A stretch of DNA of 64,000 bases from Pseudobdellovibrionaceae bacterium (GCA_044359815.1 JBIKLL010000006.1:1-64000); one strand, 5' to 3'; positions 1 through 10,487 are shown, numbered from the stretch's first letter. Notes: a model not told the origin generated them from the sequence alone. Numbers and translations are program-made.

Positions 1-2
1 CT

Positions 3-770
3 AAACAGAAAACCCCAGTGTTTTTGCAAGTGCTAGGCAGCAATCCATCAGTCATAGCAGACAGCGCCGCCCTGGCTGTTGAAATGGGTGCCCCGGGTAT
101 TGATTTAAACTTTGGTTGTCCAGCGCCTACGGTGAATCGCAACGATGGCGGGGCTACATTATTAAAAAATCCCCACCGCTTGTTTGACGTTATCAGTGCC
201 GTCAGAAAATCCATTCCCCCATATGTCCCCGTCACTGCAAAAGTCCGATTGGGTTTTAGTCACAAAGATTTTATCTTGGATATCACCAAAGCTGTTTGCC
301 AAGGTGGAGCTTCGATGATGACTGTGCACGCCAGAACTCGTGATGAGGGCTACAGACCGCCAGCCCATTGGGAATTTATCGGTAAAATGAAAGAGCTCAG
401 CACCATACCCGTAGTTGCTAACGGCGAAATCTGGACAGTCATGGATTATTTTGAATGCAAAAAAATTTCGGATTGCAGCGATGTGGCTTTGGGCCGAGGG
501 GCCATTGCTACACCCGATTTGGCTTTGCAAATCAGAGCCAGCTTAAATTTAATTTCACACAACCGATGGGACTGGAGCCAGGTTCAAAAATATTTGTTGC
601 CGTTGTTTATTCAGACTTCCCTGACAAACACAAAGGGTGACGGTTATGTCACTGCCAGGACAAAACAGTGGATGAAGCAATTGCAAAGGGGATATCCCGA
701 ATCCAGTGAGCTCTTTGGACACATTAAGTCCCAACACAATACTGCGGACATCGTTCGCTTGCTGACCTGA
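3..770 (+). CDS. dusC: tRNA-dihydrouridine synthase (DusC-like), 5'-truncated by window edge
   Basis: Motifs GIDLNFGCP, GGATLLK, TVHART, ANGEI; frame is open to the window start. Confidence 0.85.
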   Translation, partial: KQKTPVFLQVLGSNPSVIADSAALAVEMGAPGIDLNFGCPAPTVNRNDGGATLLKNPHRLFDVISAVRKSIPPYVPVTAKVRLGFSHKDFILDITKAVCQGGASMMTVHARTRDEGYRPPAHWEFIGKMKELSTIPVVANGEIWTVMDYFECKKISDCSDVALGRGAIATPDLALQIRASLNLISHNRWDWSQVQKYLLPLFIQTSLTNTKGDGYVTARTKQWMKQLQRGYPESSELFGHIKSQHNTADIVRLLT

Positions 771-939
771 AAACAGACCGCGTGGCTTTTACATTACAGA
801 TCATCAGGTCAGAGCACGGTATTTATTGCCTGGATACAAAACTGTTCTTGAGCTTTTGTGACTAAGGCAGCATAGGTAAACCCTCAAAACCCAAACCGGA
901 ATCCACAGATTGAATCTGACAGGAACCAACAGAGGATTT

Positions 940-1635
940 ATGAAAACAAAATTTTTATTTGTAGCTTTAAGCTTATCAATTTTTTCTGTTAGCTCTTTTG
1001 CCAAAATCGATACCCAAGTTTATTACACATATTCAGATTTGATAAATGCTGACAATATTGAATTTATCGCCAGATCTGCAGCCTGCTAGCAAAAACAAGA
1101 TTATAAATCCCGTGTTGTTAAAACTTTTCATTCTGGCGATGTGTTTTATCAAGGCGAACAAGAAGACGGTGTGATCGATAATGAATACGGCCCAGATTCC
1201 GAAGCCAGAAATTCGTATTGGACCCAAGTACGCACATCAGCAAACTCTGACAGCCCAACATGTTGGTTACCACTCAGAAAAGATTTGGTTCGAATTTCTA
1301 CATTCCCTGGCCTGGCTGTGCGATGCCAAACCAGTGAACATGTTATCAAGGTTTTTGTGGACAACAAAAATCCAGATACTGATCAAATCACTGCCAGATA
1401 CATTGTTTGGGATAAGGCTAAATCATTAGAAAAACCAAGTCTGCGGTTGGGTCGTTCAAATTTCAGCCTCAAGCTTTCTGCAAATAATGAAATTGTTAAA
1501 TATTTATTTTTCAACGGCAATACTGTCTATGTCTTAAGTCAGAATTTTACTGGTAAACACATTGATTCCTATACTTGGATCACTGTTTCCAGAAACGACA
1601 AAGTCGTTTACGATTCTGCCTGCTTTCCGTTTTAG
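940..1635 (+). pseudogene. Secreted hypothetical protein interrupted by in-frame TAG at 1087-1089
   Basis: SD AGAGGA then ATG 940 gives signal peptide MKTKFLFVALSLSIFSVSSFA; same frame continues after TAG into ORF 1141..1635. Confidence 0.65.
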
Positions 1636-1763
1636 TCGGGACATTTTTGTTTCTAAAAAATTATTGCCTACAAGGATGAAGGTCCAGCCGGACCATTCAT
1701 GAATTGGAATTAGTTTTCCGATGAATCATAATAAGTTATCCAACCAAAACAAGGAGTTCTTTG

Positions 1764-2975
1764 ATGAATAAGTTTCTATTATTAGGATTAGCCATAGCTG
1801 CCTTTGGCTTCAATGGCTGTACAAAAAGTTCCACTGACACAGCAGCATAAAATGTTGTTGATTCTATTGGCGACTTGCCAAAAATCACGGGCGCAGTGAC
1901 TGGCAATACATCAGCATCTTCGGGCAATTCGACTTTGCTAAAGGATTTTGATGAAAGTGCTACTTGGACTGGCGGCAGTAAAAGCCGTCCAATGTGCGAA
2001 CTGGGAACTATGACTCGCGAAATTTTACGTGAAGCAGCTGGTCCTGATAAAACTTTGTGCTACGTGGGCAAGATGGAAGCTTTGGGAAAATTCTCAAACA
2101 CAATTGATGACGGTAATTATCATTACTACGAGCTCACACAGAATTCATCGCCAATGCTTCGTGTGAAATTTAAGATCGTTAAAACTGATGGGATTATTTC
2201 TACCTACGAAATGTTTACCTGCCAATACAATGGCTCATCATATGCCCACAATGAATATACCAATGTTACAATATCCAGCTCTACAGCAAACATCACATCT
2301 AAAAATGTTGGTGGCATGACTGACAGTGGAACTACTATGACTTGGGGAGCTTCAACCACAGTTACTGGTGATATTTCAGCAGCTGGTGATTGGACATCTA
2401 AAGTTTTAAATGCCAGCCGGTATTACACATACGATGGCACTGGATCAAACGATGGCAGTTTTTATCAAAAGATGCCCCTGACCCAAGGGGCTGCAAATAT
2501 GGTGATCGATGGTTATAACAATTCATCGTTTTACAATGCTGGTAAAGCTGGTGGTGCAGGTGTTTCAACATTCAGCATGAGAATGTATGGAAAAACTGAA
2601 TTACTAAACGCTGGTCAGTTAAGCACTCTGGCATTTGGTGACGGTTCAGCAAAAGCCATTATGACTTTTGATTCTACGGATGTTGGTGGCGGTAGTTTAA
2701 ATACTGCTGTTATGGCCCACTGGAATGGCAATGCTAATACAGAGTCTACCAGCGATTTTGCATCAGACGTTTCATCATCGACTCCAAGAGCCGATGACGG
2801 ATCTGTTTCAGTTACATTTGGTGGCTCAGAGACTTGGGATTGCACAGCTCCAAGTTCGTTTCAAGCTGCAGATATTTCTACCAGCGATATGACTAGTTTA
2901 ATGACTTGTGATGATAAATTTGGTTTTGGTTCGGGTGAAGACGGCGGCGCAAACGCTTGCTACAACATCCCCTAG
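1764..2975 (+). pseudogene. Ser/Thr/Gly-rich lipoprotein interrupted by in-frame TAA at 1848-1850
   Basis: SD AAGGAG, ATG 1764, MNKFLLLGLAIAAFGFNGC lipobox, TKSSTDTAA*NVVDSIGDLPKIT continuing in frame into ORF 1875..2975. Confidence 0.7.
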
Positions 2976-3255
2976 AAAAGAGACCGTACGACTTTTTCTG
3001 TCTACAGCGCAGAATTGATGTAAAAACCTATAAAAGCGAAATTGCCCTTTATAAAAATAATCTAATCTTGCAGTCTTAAAAACGAGTTCGGACGTTAAGC
3101 TGCGCGGATGCTTTGCATGCTTTTATTTCCTCAGTGCGCGCAGCTTTACGCCCGCTGTTTGAGTTTTTAAGACTGCAAAATTAGATTATTTTTATAAAGG
3201 GCAATTTCGCTTTTTTTCCTGCGCTGTAGACAGAAAAAGTCGTACGGTCTCTTTT
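2976..3255. repeat. 280-bp nested palindromic element (REPIN/MITE-like), copy 1
   Basis: 37-bp perfect terminal inverted repeat AAAAGAGACCGTACGACTTTTTCTGTCTACAGCGCAG plus ~52-bp inner inverted repeat with one mismatch; same termini at 40159..40287. Confidence 0.85.
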
Positions 3256-3260
3256 GAGGA

Positions 3261-4220
3261 TCAGAATGATGGTAGACCGGAGCGATCAACAATCATTGAT
3301 TTTGCATTGGCTCCGCTGATGTCTGTTCGATCAAGCGCTAACGTAGCAAATGATGTTAATGATCCACATCCAGAGGTATCTGTAAAATCCGCCGCGGTGG
3401 CACAAACAGTGGAAACAGATCCACAAGTTGGTCCTTGCTCAAACACTCCTGCTGCGTAAATCAATGTGCTGTCAGTTCTCATTTGGACACCACATCCCAG
3501 CCCTGTGAAATTGGCGCCAGTACTGGCAGTTTGTGAACTGCTTGCAGACGATGCCGTTGATATTTCAAAAATTCCATTTTCTTTATCTGCAATGATTTGC
3601 GTAAATGTCGCATACTCAACAGAGCTGATATTTTCCACAGAAATCTGAACAGCTGTCATAGAGTTACCGTCTTCAGCGATTCTTGCTAATACGGCCATGG
3701 ACGCGGGCTCTCCATCGCCAGAGGCAAAATCCGCATTTGTCTGAAACTCACCGACGTACCAATAACCACCGGATTTTCCAAAATAAACCTTCATATCGCT
3801 AACCCCTTGTGCGCTGGCATCAATCGTTTGCACACAAGAAAACTCCATAGAGAAGGTCCATGAATTTGCAACTGCAGGTGGATTGTAAGTCGTAGTAGTC
3901 GAGGATTCACAGGCTTTAATAGCGTCAGCCAAACTGTCTAAGCGTTCATCGATTTTTTTAATTCTAAACTGAAAATCAACTGGCCCAGGTGCAAACATTC
4001 TGGTTTGCAGCTCTGTCAAATTGCTATTTGCAAAAGGACTGATAGCATTTAATTCTCTGACCACAATAGCTGCCGAAGATTCCAGTGTGGAGGGCAATGA
4101 TTCTTTTACTATCGGCAACATATCTGGAACAGGGCTTGTAGAGGCTTCAGTGGCAGTGCTGCTCTTAGTGCATCCTGCGATTGAAAAAGCTATTGCTAAA
4201 ATTAAAAACAATGCCTTCAT
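3261..4220 (-). CDS. Hypothetical lipoprotein, Cys-containing
   Basis: 319-aa ORF, lipobox FSIAGC, SD GGAGG. Confidence 0.75.
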   Translation of the reverse strand: MKALFLILAIAFSIAGCTKSSTATEASTSPVPDMLPIVKESLPSTLESSAAIVVRELNAISPFANSNLTELQTRMFAPGPVDFQFRIKKIDERLDSLADAIKACESSTTTTYNPPAVANSWTFSMEFSCVQTIDASAQGVSDMKVYFGKSGGYWYVGEFQTNADFASGDGEPASMAVLARIAEDGNSMTAVQISVENISSVEYATFTQIIADKENGIFEISTASSASSSQTASTGANFTGLGCGVQMRTDSTLIYAAGVFEQGPTCGSVSTVCATAADFTDTSGCGSLTSFATLALDRTDISGANAKSMIVDRSGLPSF

Positions 4221-4309
4221 AAATATCCTCCGTTTTATTGAGATATTTTAAGACCCGAATCATCAATCAACAACGGCTTTGTAGTTGCTCACGATCATGC
4301 TGGACTAAA

Positions 4310-5266
4310 CTATGAATCTCGACCTGGACCATTTGCTGGCGACAGCTTGATGTTAATGACCCCGCCTTTTGAAAACATTGATTCCAAAACAGTGGCCAGC
4401 AAAGAAACTGGCAATAATACCACTGAAAACACACCATAAAATACTGCTGTAATTGCAGCCTTGAAATAATTTGAAACCGGAGTTTTGCGCTTCAATCGTT
4501 TGTAGGCAAAATTAAATTCAAAAAATGGCAGATTAAAAAAACTTTGCCACCAGCCAAACACTCCATATTCGAATGACAGTGTTTCGACAGATTTGACCTT
4601 CCAACCGATTTCCTTAAAAAGCTTTAACAAAGTAGCCATTTCATAGTGCACCAGATGCCTGGTTGGATCCAAATGAAACCATCTGGATCTAAACAACCGT
4701 GCCTGCCAGCTTCCGAAATTGGGCACTGACACAAATAAAAACCCATCGTCCTTAATTAATTTTTTTAAACATTCAAATGTAGGCTTCGGTGATTCAATAT
4801 GCTCAAGGCTCTGCCACATAGTTATTAAATCAAATGATTTTAAATCATTCGAAGCTGGACTAAAAATATCCAAAATATTTATCTGATTTGCTTTTAAACT
4901 TTTTTGTCCACTGGCTGAAGGTTCAAATCCGTATTTCTGAAAATTTTCAGGCAAACATCGCAAATAAATCCCATCACCACAACCCACATCCAAGATTTTT
5001 CCGGTCTTTAATGGGCCCAGCGACCTTGCCCTGCGTTCGATCTGAAACATTCTAACCAGTAAGCCAATTTGAGCAGATGCGTGCTCGCCGTAGTATCCTT
5101 CAAAATACAAATCATTCGCATTTTGTGTTTTCTGGATACTGCTTTGAACCAGACTACAATTTTCGCATCTTAATACGGGTACTCGGTCACGTTCTTGAAA
5201 ATCAGCATCGATACCCTGAAACAAAACCGCAGATTTAATTTTCTGATTACAACCAAGACAATTCAT
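4310..5266 (-). CDS. Class I SAM-dependent methyltransferase with N-terminal CxxC pairs
   Basis: ILDVGCGDG, FDLITMWQSLEH, VSVPN; CLGC and CENC. Confidence 0.85.
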   Translation of the reverse strand: MNCLGCNQKIKSAVLFQGIDADFQERDRVPVLRCENCSLVQSSIQKTQNANDLYFEGYYGEHASAQIGLLVRMFQIERRARSLGPLKTGKILDVGCGDGIYLRCLPENFQKYGFEPSASGQKSLKANQINILDIFSPASNDLKSFDLITMWQSLEHIESPKPTFECLKKLIKDDGFLFVSVPNFGSWQARLFRSRWFHLDPTRHLVHYEMATLLKLFKEIGWKVKSVETLSFEYGVFGWWQSFFNLPFFEFNFAYKRLKRKTPVSNYFKAAITAVFYGVFSVVLLPVSLLATVLESMFSKGGVINIKLSPANGPGRDS

Positions 5267-5393
5267 TTAAATATCAGATACTGATTTATGACTGATTAGT
5301 CATTCACTATCTTCAATCCACGCACAGCACATAGTACTGCTTTTGTTCGCAGGCCAAACCATAGCCAATAGACACTTCAGAAATTTTTCGAAA

Positions 5394-6620
5394 TCAAAAA
5401 ACCTCTAACTTGGGCACCGCAGTCACAAACTGTGCATTCCAGCTTCTGACATAGGACAATTGATCAACAATTTCAGATTTAATATTCCACGGAAAAATCA
5501 CTATATAGTCTGGTTTTGATTGCTTTAAGGACTCTTCACTTTTGATGGGTACATGACTGCCAGGCATAAACTTGCCGATCTTTGACGGAGCTCGGTCACA
5601 GACGAACTGAATCAAATCATTTTTTATTCCGCAATAATTCATCAGTGTATTGCCCTTGGCAGCAGCTCCATAGGCTGCAACTGTTTTGTTTTTTAATTTA
5701 GCATCCAGTAAAAATCTCAAAAAATCGATTTTTAATTTTTCGCAATTTTGGGTAAAATTTAAATAGGTTTGCATCCTATCCAGACCAGCCAGATTCTCAT
5801 CGTTTAAAACTTTTTTAACATTCGCAGTGGTTTCCTTTGAAGCATCATCAGAATGCGCCATAAAAATCCGCAACGACCCGCCATGGGTTTTTAGTTCTTC
5901 GACATCAAATACTTTCAAACCCAATTGACTGACCATTCTATTCACTGTCATCAGAGAAAAATACGAATAATGCTCGTGATAAATAGTATCAAATTGATTT
6001 TCCGAAATCAGCTTCAGCAAATGAGGAAATTCCAAAGTTATGACGCCTTTTGGATTCAGCAATACCTTTAATCCTTTGATAAAATCCCTGATGTCAGGAA
6101 CATGAGCAAAAACATTGTTTCCCAAAATCAAATCCGCATTGCCTTTTGCCGATTTTAATTCGCTGGCTTTTCTTTCGGTAAAAAAGCTCACTTCTGTATC
6201 AATGCCCTTTGCCATCGCCACCGAGGCCACTGACTTTGAGGGCTCCACACCTAAACAGGGGATTTTACGTTCTTTAAAATACTGCAGCAAATACCCATCA
6301 TTTGATGCGACTTCGACGACAAATGATTTATCCGACAGATTAAATCGTTTCGTCACATCACCGACGTATTTTTCACAGTGCTGAAGCCACGATTTAGAAA
6401 CCGATGAAAAATAAGCGTAGTCTTCGTTAAAAATTTCAATAGCCTTTTTATATTCGGGAACCTGCACATAAAATATCGAATCCGATACAAAAACTTTTAA
6501 TGGATAGGTCGCCTCTGGCAACTGCAGCATTTCATCTGTCAGATATGAATTTGATGGCGGGCAATGACCCAAATCCAAAAAAACATTCTTAAGCACTGAT
6601 CCATCAAAACGACATTTCAT
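5394..6620 (-). CDS. NDP-hexose C-methyltransferase family protein
   Basis: VVEVASNDGYLL, NNVFAHVPD, FDTIYHEHYSYFS, THGGSLR, YGAAAKGNT. Confidence 0.85.
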   Translation of the reverse strand: MKCRFDGSVLKNVFLDLGHCPPSNSYLTDEMLQLPEATYPLKVFVSDSIFYVQVPEYKKAIEIFNEDYAYFSSVSKSWLQHCEKYVGDVTKRFNLSDKSFVVEVASNDGYLLQYFKERKIPCLGVEPSKSVASVAMAKGIDTEVSFFTERKASELKSAKGNADLILGNNVFAHVPDIRDFIKGLKVLLNPKGVITLEFPHLLKLISENQFDTIYHEHYSYFSLMTVNRMVSQLGLKVFDVEELKTHGGSLRIFMAHSDDASKETTANVKKVLNDENLAGLDRMQTYLNFTQNCEKLKIDFLRFLLDAKLKNKTVAAYGAAAKGNTLMNYCGIKNDLIQFVCDRAPSKIGKFMPGSHVPIKSEESLKQSKPDYIVIFPWNIKSEIVDQLSYVRSWNAQFVTAVPKLEVF

Positions 6621-7177
6621 AAAACAAGTCCTCCGAAATTTGTAAAAGCTGAAGGCGCATTTTTGTCTTTGTCAGACATCATTAAAAGAGGCAATGGCCA
6701 ATTGATCCCAAGCTTTGGATCCTGAGCATTGACCACTCGGTCCGCCTTAGGATTGTACAACTCATCATGAAAATAAACTATTTGAACATCGTCTGTTTGC
6801 GCTTGAAATCCATGAGCGCAGCCCTTTGGAAGCAACAAAGCATTTCCATTTTCAGCGTTCAGCTCAACGGCCACATGTTTTAAAAATGTCTTTGAGTTTT
6901 TTCGCAAATCCAAGCACACATCTAAAATCCTGCCCTTAACAATTTTCACAATCTTGGATTCGCTAAATGGTGGATCCTGATAATGAAACCCGCGCACGGT
7001 GCCTTTGTATTTTGTCAGGCTGAAATTTGATTGTTTAATCGAAAACTCAATTTTTGCGTTGGAAAATGAATCTGCACAGAACAGCCGATTAAACATCCCT
7101 CGGTCGTCAGTAAACCATTTCGTTTGCAGTTCAAAACATCCATCAATGGTCAGGGGTTTAATTTCCAAATCGACCAT
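6617..7177 (-). CDS. rfbC: NDP-4-keto-6-deoxyhexose 3,5-epimerase (RmlC/RfbC family)
   Basis: DDRGMF, GTVRGFHYQ, DLRKNS, GCAHGFQ, MSDKD. Confidence 0.88.
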   Translation of the reverse strand: MVDLEIKPLTIDGCFELQTKWFTDDRGMFNRLFCADSFSNAKIEFSIKQSNFSLTKYKGTVRGFHYQDPPFSESKIVKIVKGRILDVCLDLRKNSKTFLKHVAVELNAENGNALLLPKGCAHGFQAQTDDVQIVYFHDELYNPKADRVVNAQDPKLGINWPLPLLMMSDKDKNAPSAFTNFGGLVL

Positions 7178-8231
7178 CCTGAAAATATTGATCTATTTGT
7201 CCTAAACTAAGTTCCAGAATCCCAACCTTGTTGCCCTGGTAAAACTGTTGATACCATTCAGTGGTCAGCTTCAGAGTCTTATCCAAATCCCAAACAGGTT
7301 TCCACGCCAAATGTTTTTTTGATTTCGAAATATCCAGCCTTAAAAGTTTGGCCTCATAGGGATTTTGACCTTCATCAATTCTCCAATGACCCGGCAGCTT
7401 CCAATGTTTACAAACTGATTCTGTGACCTGCTGTACAGGAACACACGAACTCAAATCGGGGCCAAAATTCCAAGCACCCGAAAAATCAAAATTCTGATAC
7501 AATCTTTCAGCCAACATTAAATACCCATTCAAAGGCTCAATCACATGTTGCCAGGGTCTGGTCGAATTGGGATTTCTTAAAATTATTTTTTCACCGACAC
7601 TGAGGGCTCTCACCAAATCGGGTATCAATCTGTCTTCGGACCAATCACCACCACCGATGACATTACCGGCTCTGGCTGTGGCCATGGGCAGTTTATCCTT
7701 CAAAAAAGAAAATCGATAACAATCAGAAACTAGTTCTGAACCCACCTTGCTGCTGGAATAAGGATCCTTACCCCATAATTTATCTTCTTCGGTGAATGCC
7801 CGATTCGATTCCGGGTTTTCATAGCACTTATCGGTGGTGACATTGATTGTGCATTTTACTTGTGGGCATTCACGCAAAATCTGAAACAGATTCACTGTGC
7901 CCATAATATTTGTCGAAAAAGTTTCCACAGGATCCTGATAAGATTTTCGGACCAAGGGTTGAGCTGCCAGATGAAAAACCACATCGGGATTAAAATCTAA
8001 TACTGATTTTTTAAAAAATTCTAAATTCCTAATGTCACCAATTATATGTGTAATTCCCGCTGCAACCCCTGCTGACTCAAAAAAACTAGGATCAGTATTA
8101 GGTTTGAGCGAATACCCGCAAACATCAGCGCCCAAGCGTTTAAGCATCAACGTCAACCAAGTCCCCTTAAATCCCGTGTGGCCGGTGATGAAAACTTTTT
8201 TGTTTTTCCAAAATGAATTCTTGCTTACCAC
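7158..8231 (-). CDS. rfbG: CDP-glucose 4,6-dehydratase
   Basis: ITGHTGFKGTWL, HLAAQPLVRKSY, TTDKCY, RAGNVIGGGDW, TRPWQHV; likely GTG start at 8231 overlapping rfbF end. Confidence 0.93.
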   Translation of the reverse strand: MVSKNSFWKNKKVFITGHTGFKGTWLTLMLKRLGADVCGYSLKPNTDPSFFESAGVAAGITHIIGDIRNLEFFKKSVLDFNPDVVFHLAAQPLVRKSYQDPVETFSTNIMGTVNLFQILRECPQVKCTINVTTDKCYENPESNRAFTEEDKLWGKDPYSSSKVGSELVSDCYRFSFLKDKLPMATARAGNVIGGGDWSEDRLIPDLVRALSVGEKIILRNPNSTRPWQHVIEPLNGYLMLAERLYQNFDFSGAWNFGPDLSSCVPVQQVTESVCKHWKLPGHWRIDEGQNPYEAKLLRLDISKSKKHLAWKPVWDLDKTLKLTTEWYQQFYQGNKVGILELSLGQIDQYFQDGRFGN

Positions 8232-8995
8232 CAGCGCTGCCAAGGTGCTTTCCCGGATTTCCAAAGCTCTTCCAGCTGATTTTTGTCCCTCAATGTATCA
8301 ACAGGCTGCCAAAAACCATCGTGATAAAAACTGCCTAACTGACCTTCTGCCGCCAGTTTTTCCAAGGGTTCTTTTTCCCACACATCAGAGTCTTTGCTTA
8401 AATAATCAAGGACTGATCTTTTTAACACAAAAAATCCACCATTGATAAAACCTGTTCCACCAACGGGCTTTTCTGTAAATCGCTTAACAGAGTTGTTTTC
8501 GATTTCTAAAACTCCGAAACGTCCTGGGGGCCTGACCGCTACGACTGTGGCCTTTTTTTGATTGCTTTTGTGATGTTCGATCAATTTACCAATGTGTACA
8601 TCGCTCACACCATCACCGTAGGTCATGCAAAAGTCTTCGTTGTCCAAAAATTTTTCAACACGTTTTAACCGACCACCCGTCATTGTGTTTTCACCGGTGT
8701 CTACCAGTGTAACCTGCCAAGGTTCGGCATTGGCGTGGTGAACTTGCACTTTATTATTTTTCAGATCAAAGGTGACGTCTGAATTGTGCAGAAAATAATT
8801 TGCGAAATATTCTTTGATGACATAGCCCTTGTAACCGCAGCAAATTACAAAATCGTTCAACCCGTGAACCGAGTATCCCTTCATTATATGCCAGAGCAAA
8901 GGTTTTTGACCGATTTCGATCATTGGTTTAGGACGCAAAATGGATTCTTCTGAAATTCTGGTTCCCAATCCACCAGCAAGTAATACAACTTTCAT
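8225..8995 (-). CDS. rfbF: Glucose-1-phosphate cytidylyltransferase
   Basis: LAGGLGTRISEE, PKPMIEIG, DTGENTMTGGRLKR, TYGDG, GFWQPVDTLRD. Confidence 0.95.
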   Translation of the reverse strand: MKVVLLAGGLGTRISEESILRPKPMIEIGQKPLLWHIMKGYSVHGLNDFVICCGYKGYVIKEYFANYFLHNSDVTFDLKNNKVQVHHANAEPWQVTLVDTGENTMTGGRLKRVEKFLDNEDFCMTYGDGVSDVHIGKLIEHHKSNQKKATVVAVRPPGRFGVLEIENNSVKRFTEKPVGGTGFINGGFFVLKRSVLDYLSKDSDVWEKEPLEKLAAEGQLGSFYHDGFWQPVDTLRDKNQLEELWKSGKAPWQRWW

Positions 8996-9301
8996 ATGCC
9001 GCCACTATAAGTGGCATTGTCTCACAATTCTATAAGCACCGCGCAGCGAGACTTTCCGGGGTTTTCCCTTGAATATTTTCGTTCTTGGGAATCAACAAGA
9101 GCCCAGAATCTCCAGGCCCTGCTTTAGAATAGTCACTCTCGATAAAGACCAGGCTGCCTAACTAGGGCAACCCAGCCCCCGAGGATAAACTCAAAACTGC
9201 ACTGAACAAATCACCTGCATTAAATCAGTAACTAAACTCAATTTTTTAATGATTGTGTTTTCAGCGGGTCCACGCGATGGCATGGCCCCACTGATTTAGT
9301 A

Positions 9302-10135
9302 TTAACCAATCATCTTTAGTGCTAAAGCAGGGATTTGATTTGCCTGCACCAACACAGCTGATGAGGCTTGCAACAAAACGTTGTTTCTTGCAGATTCTGC
9401 AGTTGCAGCTGCGATATCAGTGTCTCTGATTCGCGAATTTGCTGCTGACAAGTTTTCATGTTGCACGCCCAGATTTTCAATAGTTGACTGAAATCTGTTT
9501 TGTAAGGCACCCAGGTTAGCGCGAAAGCCTGCAAGCTTTGCTTGAGCATCGTCTAACACTGTTAACGCTTCTTGCGCACCTTCTTTAGAATTAAATTCGA
9601 TTCCATCAACACCTAAATTGTCGATTGTCGCGTTTAATACTGAAGGGTCAAAAGACACTCTGTCTTCGAAATCATCATTATTGATACCAACTTGGATATC
9701 AAATTTTTCGCCGCTACCATCCAACAGATTTGTTGAACCAAATCTTGTTGTTTTAGCGATCCTTTGCATTTCTTGTTTTAATTGTTGAACTTCCATATCA
9801 ATGTAAGTTCTTTCTCTTTGTCCAACTGTATCGGAGGCTGCTTGGATACCAAGCTCTCTCAAACGGGTAAGAATATTTGATCCTTCATTCAAACCGCCTT
9901 CAGCAACTTGAACCATGGATATACCATCGTTCGCATTTCGGCTAGCTTGCGATAAAGATCTGATTTGTGATTTCAAAGCTTCACTGATCCCCAATCCAGC
10001 AGCATCATCTGCGGCTTTGGTGATACGGCTACCAGAAGATAGCTGTGAAAAACTTTTTTGGATCTCCCGCTGTGATGCGGTCATCGTTCTTTGTGCGTTT
10101 ATCGACGGCACATTTGTCGTAATTCTCATTCCCAT
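9302..10135 (-). CDS. fliC: Flagellin (fliC#1)
   Basis: LSSGSRITKAADDAAGL, NLSAANSRIRDTD. Confidence 0.96.
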   Translation of the reverse strand: MGMRITTNVPSINAQRTMTASQREIQKSFSQLSSGSRITKAADDAAGLGISEALKSQIRSLSQASRNANDGISMVQVAEGGLNEGSNILTRLRELGIQAASDTVGQRERTYIDMEVQQLKQEMQRIAKTTRFGSTNLLDGSGEKFDIQVGINNDDFEDRVSFDPSVLNATIDNLGVDGIEFNSKEGAQEALTVLDDAQAKLAGFRANLGALQNRFQSTIENLGVQHENLSAANSRIRDTDIAAATAESARNNVLLQASSAVLVQANQIPALALKMIG

Positions 10136-10278
10136 TTGGGACCTCCTCGGGTTGTTGTGAACACGTTGGTGATCTCAACTTCAAATGTTCAAACTCAGGC
10201 GATCTTGGATTGGGCAGTCACTCCCTTTCTAGATCTCGCTTGATCATTTTTTGTTTTGATCAACTTGCTTCACACAAC

Positions 10279-10305
10279 CTTTCGGCGAGGTCCGGTTTGG
10301 CTTTA
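10279..10305 (-). promoter_or_regulatory. Sigma-28 (FliA) promoter of fliC#1
   Basis: TAAA-N15-GCCGAAAG on minus strand. Confidence 0.8.
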
Positions 10306-10487
10306 GTCGAGTCCAGCGAATCTGGACCATCGTCTGTGTGTTTCTGGACCATGGTCGATGTTTTTCCTGGACCAAAGTTTTGAAATCAGGACCTTGATTT
10401 GGTTTTTTTGCCAGCTACAAGTCCAGCCAGCGATATGTCCAGTCGGGCTAGACCCAGACTTATGCAGTAGTGGGCGTATTAAATGGG

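Noticed and set aside
940..2975. Genome-wide stop-codon reassignment explaining the in-frame TAG and TAA
   Set aside because: Conserved genes here end properly at TAG (ddl, menB, flgL) and TAA (rfbF, flagellins), and none has an internal stop
9171..9190. fliC#1 3' trailer (UCCUCGGG) pairing with its own RBS
   Set aside because: Only 8 nt in GC-rich hairpin-like sequence; not distinguishable from chance
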